DNA of 64,000 nucleotides from the NCBI RefSeq assembly GCF_988242995.1, contig NZ_OZ547043.1; one strand, written 5' to 3'. Position numbers and translations under genes: made by a program. The notes under the pieces are model-generated. The model did no database searches. It was not told the origin of the DNA and was given only the letters and a program-made list of their open reading frames with translations. The stretch's first letter is position 1. Each line of letters starts with the position of its first letter. Below, one piece after another: positions 60,793 through 64,000 of the stretch.

Positions 60793-63700
60793 ATGAAACA
60801 CTTTATCTATCAGGACGAAAAATCACATAAATTCTGGGCGGTGGAGCAGCAGGGAAACGAGCTGCATATTAACTGGGGTAAAGTCGGCACTAACGGGCAA
60901 AGTCAGGTAAAAAGCTTTGCAGATGCTGCGGCGGCGGAAAAAGCGGAACTGAAGCTGATTGCGGAGAAGGTGAAGAAGGGGTATGTGGAAGAATTATCTT
61001 CGCCATCCCAACCCGCAATCAAAATAGAAACGATCGAAGTAGATACAACTGGCGTGGCAGAAACCACAGTCGTATTTGACCAAAGTATGGTTGTTGAACC
61101 TGCTGAGACACCATGCCCGTGGCTGACAGATGATTCCCCTATCCATCTATCGGAGAAAAAGTCTCAGGAGGCCTTACCTTCCCGACGTTTTCCTGGGGAT
61201 GCTGTAAGCGAACCACAAGACAGCCTCCTTATGAATTTAGGTCAGGATATTCATAATCTATCAGGAAAAATAACAACATACGATTTCAGTGCATGTTCTG
61301 CTAACTGGCAGCAGAATATCAATGAAGCTCTCGCTAATGGTCCACTTTCTCCTGCTGCGTTGGCTGTACAGGTTGTTCTGGTTTCACGTAAATTCTGGGA
61401 CGAATGCCCTGAACTCATGGATGAAATTGTCTATGTCTACGGACTAGAATTTGCCGTGGATATGTTTATTGCCATGCAATATATCTCGTTCGATTGCACT
61501 TATCACAGAACAAGCATACACATTACTTTTCAGCCATTATTAAACCATGCACATTGTGTTACCCCCTTTGACGTTCGACTGCGTAAACATTTGGCTCTAG
61601 CAGAAGAAACTTTGTGGCAACGCTGTGTAGATAAATTCATTACAGCTTTGCCTGATATTCCTCCCGTTCAACAACCGATGGTAGCGCTAATGCTACCGGA
61701 ACGCCCGGAGATTGCAGAAGAAATCGCACGACGGTTACTGGAGCAGAAAAATATCCAATCTGTTGAATGGCTGAAACTTGTTGTACAAGAATCTTCCTTG
61801 CTCAAAGCACTGGAATCTTATTGCGCGTACGACCTTTTTAATGACTATTACCATGGTTGCATCTGGAATGTCACCGTTTTGCAGGAGCAAGGGATTGCCG
61901 GAATCGCTCGCTTCGCCCCCTATGCTTATGCTGATCTTTGCGGAAGTATTCTCGCAGAGATCAATCACCCACAAGCATTAATGCTACTTATACGTGTGTC
62001 TGGCAAAACTAAACGCTGCCATGAACGAATGACTAAGGCTTGCGCTGCGTTCCCACACACGGCACTGGCGGCACTGGCGGAACTTCTTGCGCAAAAAGAA
62101 GAGAATAGTTGGCGCATTATGCTAATGACGATGCTTATCTCGCAACCGGCACTAGCAGAACAGGTCACTCCCTGGCTCTCAACACCCGCAGTTGCCGTAC
62201 TGAAATCATGCCAGCAACAACTGACACAGCCCTCAAACCATGCCAGCGCCGATATGCTGCCAGCCATATTAGTCTCACCGCCCTGGCTTTCGAAAAAGAA
62301 AAAATCTGTAATGCCGGTATTGGATTTAACGCCATTACCGCTGGAGTCATGCTGCACATTGACCGAGACGGCAGAAAAAGAGATTCATGCAAGGCATCGC
62401 TGGCACGCACATCAAATAGACATCGGCCAAAAAGAGGATATTCAGAACTACCTGGCACGTCTGGGTTTCAATCGCTGGAATAATGGCCAGTATATGAAAG
62501 CGTCTGATGCTGTTGTAGAACTCTGGCAGAGGGGAGATTATTCTGCGCTAATCAGCGAATTTAAAACCTTCTGGCACTCCTATCAACGGGAATGGCAGCT
62601 TTACATGTTAGCCGCCCTGCCTATCGAAAAAACAGCGCAGGCGTGGAATGTCCTCAGTAAAGAGCCACACGTCGGTGTCGAGTTTGTCATGACGCACCTG
62701 CAACTCGCTGGGTTACAGGGTTTTATTCACTCCTTTTCACGCTATCCACAAGAAGCTCTGCCTGTAGCACAATATTTTGCGGCTATCGAATTAGCGCCAC
62801 TGATCGCCCGCGCCTTCAACAAACTCAAAACCCTACGACAAGACGCCCGCACCTGGCTGCTGAAATACCCGGAACACGCCATTACCGGCCTGCTACCTTC
62901 GGCGCTCGGCAAAGCCGGTGAAGCACAGGATAACGCCCGCGCTGCCTTGCGTATGCTTACCGAAAACGGTCATCAACCATTACTGCAAGAAATCGCCCGG
63001 CGTTATAACCAGCCGGAAGTAACAGATGCGGTGAACGCTCTGCTTGCGCTCGATCCCTTAGATAATCACCCGACAAAAATCCCCACTCTTCCGGCCTTTT
63101 ATCAGCCATCGATCTGGACCCGCCCGGTATTAAAAGCAAATGCCCAATCACTGCCAGATAGCGCCCTCCTCCACCTCGGTGAAATGCTCCGCTTCCCTCA
63201 GGAAGAGGCACTGTATCCGGGATTATTGCAGGTGAAAGATGCCTGTATCGCCGACTCACTGGCTGAATTTGCCTGGGATCTGTTTACCGCCTGGCTGGCC
63301 GCTGGCGCACCATCGAAAGAGAGCTGGGCGTTCACTGCGTTAGGTGTTCTCGGTAACGACGACACCGCCCGCAAACTGACGCCTTTGATTCGCGCCTGGC
63401 CTGGTGAATCCCAGCATAAACGCGCCACCGTCGGGCTGGATATTCTCGCTGCTATCGGTAGTGATATCGCCCTGATGCAGCTTAACGGCATTGCTCAGAA
63501 ACTGAAATTCAAAGCCTTACAGGAGCGGGCGAAAGAGAAAATTGCCGACATTGCCGAGAGCCGCGAACTCACGGTGGCGGAGCTTGAAGACCGGTTAGCA
63601 CCGGATCTCGGTCTGGATGATAACGGTTCGCTGCTGCTGGATTTTGGCCCACGGCAGTTCACCGTCAGCTTTGATGAAACCTTAAAACCGTTTGTGCGTG

Positions 63701-64000
63701 ATGTTTCTGGCAGCCGTCTGAAAGACCTGCCCAAACCAAACAAAAGCGATGATGAATCACAGGCGAACGATGCTGTTAACCGCTACAAACTGCTGAAAAA
63801 AGATGCGCGTACCGTCGCCGCCCAGCAGGTAGCAAGGCTGGAATCCGCCATGTGCCTGCGCCGCCGCTGGTCGCCGGAAAACTTCCAGCTCTTCCTGGTT
63901 GAGCATCCGCTGGTTCGTCACTTAACCCGCCGTCTGATTTGGGGTGTTTATAGCGCCGAAAACCAGCTGCAGGCTTGCTTTCGCGTAGCGGAAGATAACA
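60793..64000 (+). CDS. molR: MolR-like large protein with N-terminal WGR domain, open through window end (3' partial)
   Basis: ATG 60793; hand translation stays open for ~1069 codons to window edge; absent from ORF track probably because no stop lies in the window; N-terminus FIYQDEKSHKFWAVEQQGNELHINWGKVG is WGR-like. Confidence 0.7.
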   Translation, partial: MKHFIYQDEKSHKFWAVEQQGNELHINWGKVGTNGQSQVKSFADAAAAEKAELKLIAEKVKKGYVEELSSPSQPAIKIETIEVDTTGVAETTVVFDQSMVVEPAETPCPWLTDDSPIHLSEKKSQEALPSRRFPGDAVSEPQDSLLMNLGQDIHNLSGKITTYDFSACSANWQQNINEALANGPLSPAALAVQVVLVSRKFWDECPELMDEIVYVYGLEFAVDMFIAMQYISFDCTYHRTSIHITFQPLLNHAHCVTPFDVRLRKHLALAEETLWQRCVDKFITALPDIPPVQQPMVALMLPERPEIAEEIARRLLEQKNIQSVEWLKLVVQESSLLKALESYCAYDLFNDYYHGCIWNVTVLQEQGIAGIARFAPYAYADLCGSILAEINHPQALMLLIRVSGKTKRCHERMTKACAAFPHTALAALAELLAQKEENSWRIMLMTMLISQPALAEQVTPWLSTPAVAVLKSCQQQLTQPSNHASADMLPAILVSPPWLSKKKKSVMPVLDLTPLPLESCCTLTETAEKEIHARHRWHAHQIDIGQKEDIQNYLARLGFNRWNNGQYMKASDAVVELWQRGDYSALISEFKTFWHSYQREWQLYMLAALPIEKTAQAWNVLSKEPHVGVEFVMTHLQLAGLQGFIHSFSRYPQEALPVAQYFAAIELAPLIARAFNKLKTLRQDARTWLLKYPEHAITGLLPSALGKAGEAQDNARAALRMLTENGHQPLLQEIARRYNQPEVTDAVNALLALDPLDNHPTKIPTLPAFYQPSIWTRPVLKANAQSLPDSALLHLGEMLRFPQEEALYPGLLQVKDACIADSLAEFAWDLFTAWLAAGAPSKESWAFTALGVLGNDDTARKLTPLIRAWPGESQHKRATVGLDILAAIGSDIALMQLNGIAQKLKFKALQERAKEKIADIAESRELTVAELEDRLAPDLGLDDNGSLLLDFGPRQFTVSFDETLKPFVRDVSGSRLKDLPKPNKSDDESQANDAVNRYKLLKKDARTVAAQQVARLESAMCLRRRWSPENFQLFLVEHPLVRHLTRRLIWGVYSAENQLQACFRVAEDN

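Overview
This window is an Escherichia coli-type chromosomal segment (yegQ, cyaR, yegRS, gatRDCBAZY, fbaB, yegTUVWX, thiDM, rcnRAB, yehABCDE, mrp, metG, molR) interrupted by a complete ~32.3 kb P2-like prophage. The prophage sits in the 3' end of the sRNA gene cyaR, bounded by 27-bp direct repeats (1160-1186 and 33441-33467), and every P2 structural, lysis, replication and lysogeny gene appears as an intact ORF with P2-like length and order. Two AT-rich cargo loci occupy the two classical variable positions of P2 genomes and are the best candidates for an undescribed anti-phage or abortive-infection system: (i) between FI and G, a convergent pair made of an HTH/DUF2384-like protein (8258-8902, +) and a RES-domain protein (8941-9651, -) sharing one terminator hairpin; (ii) between cos and gene A, a 611-aa protein (25555-27387, -) with a C-terminal R-x4-H (HEPN-like) motif and no recognisable NTPase motif. 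I saw no CRISPR array, tRNA, rRNA or IS element. All identifications are from reading the translations and sequence against remembered protein families; no database search was run. The ORF track uses non-ATG starts in places, so several starts were moved to in-frame ATG codons with Shine-Dalgarno support. Coordinates read by hand (RNA, att, cos, terminators, operators) may be off by 1-2 nt.
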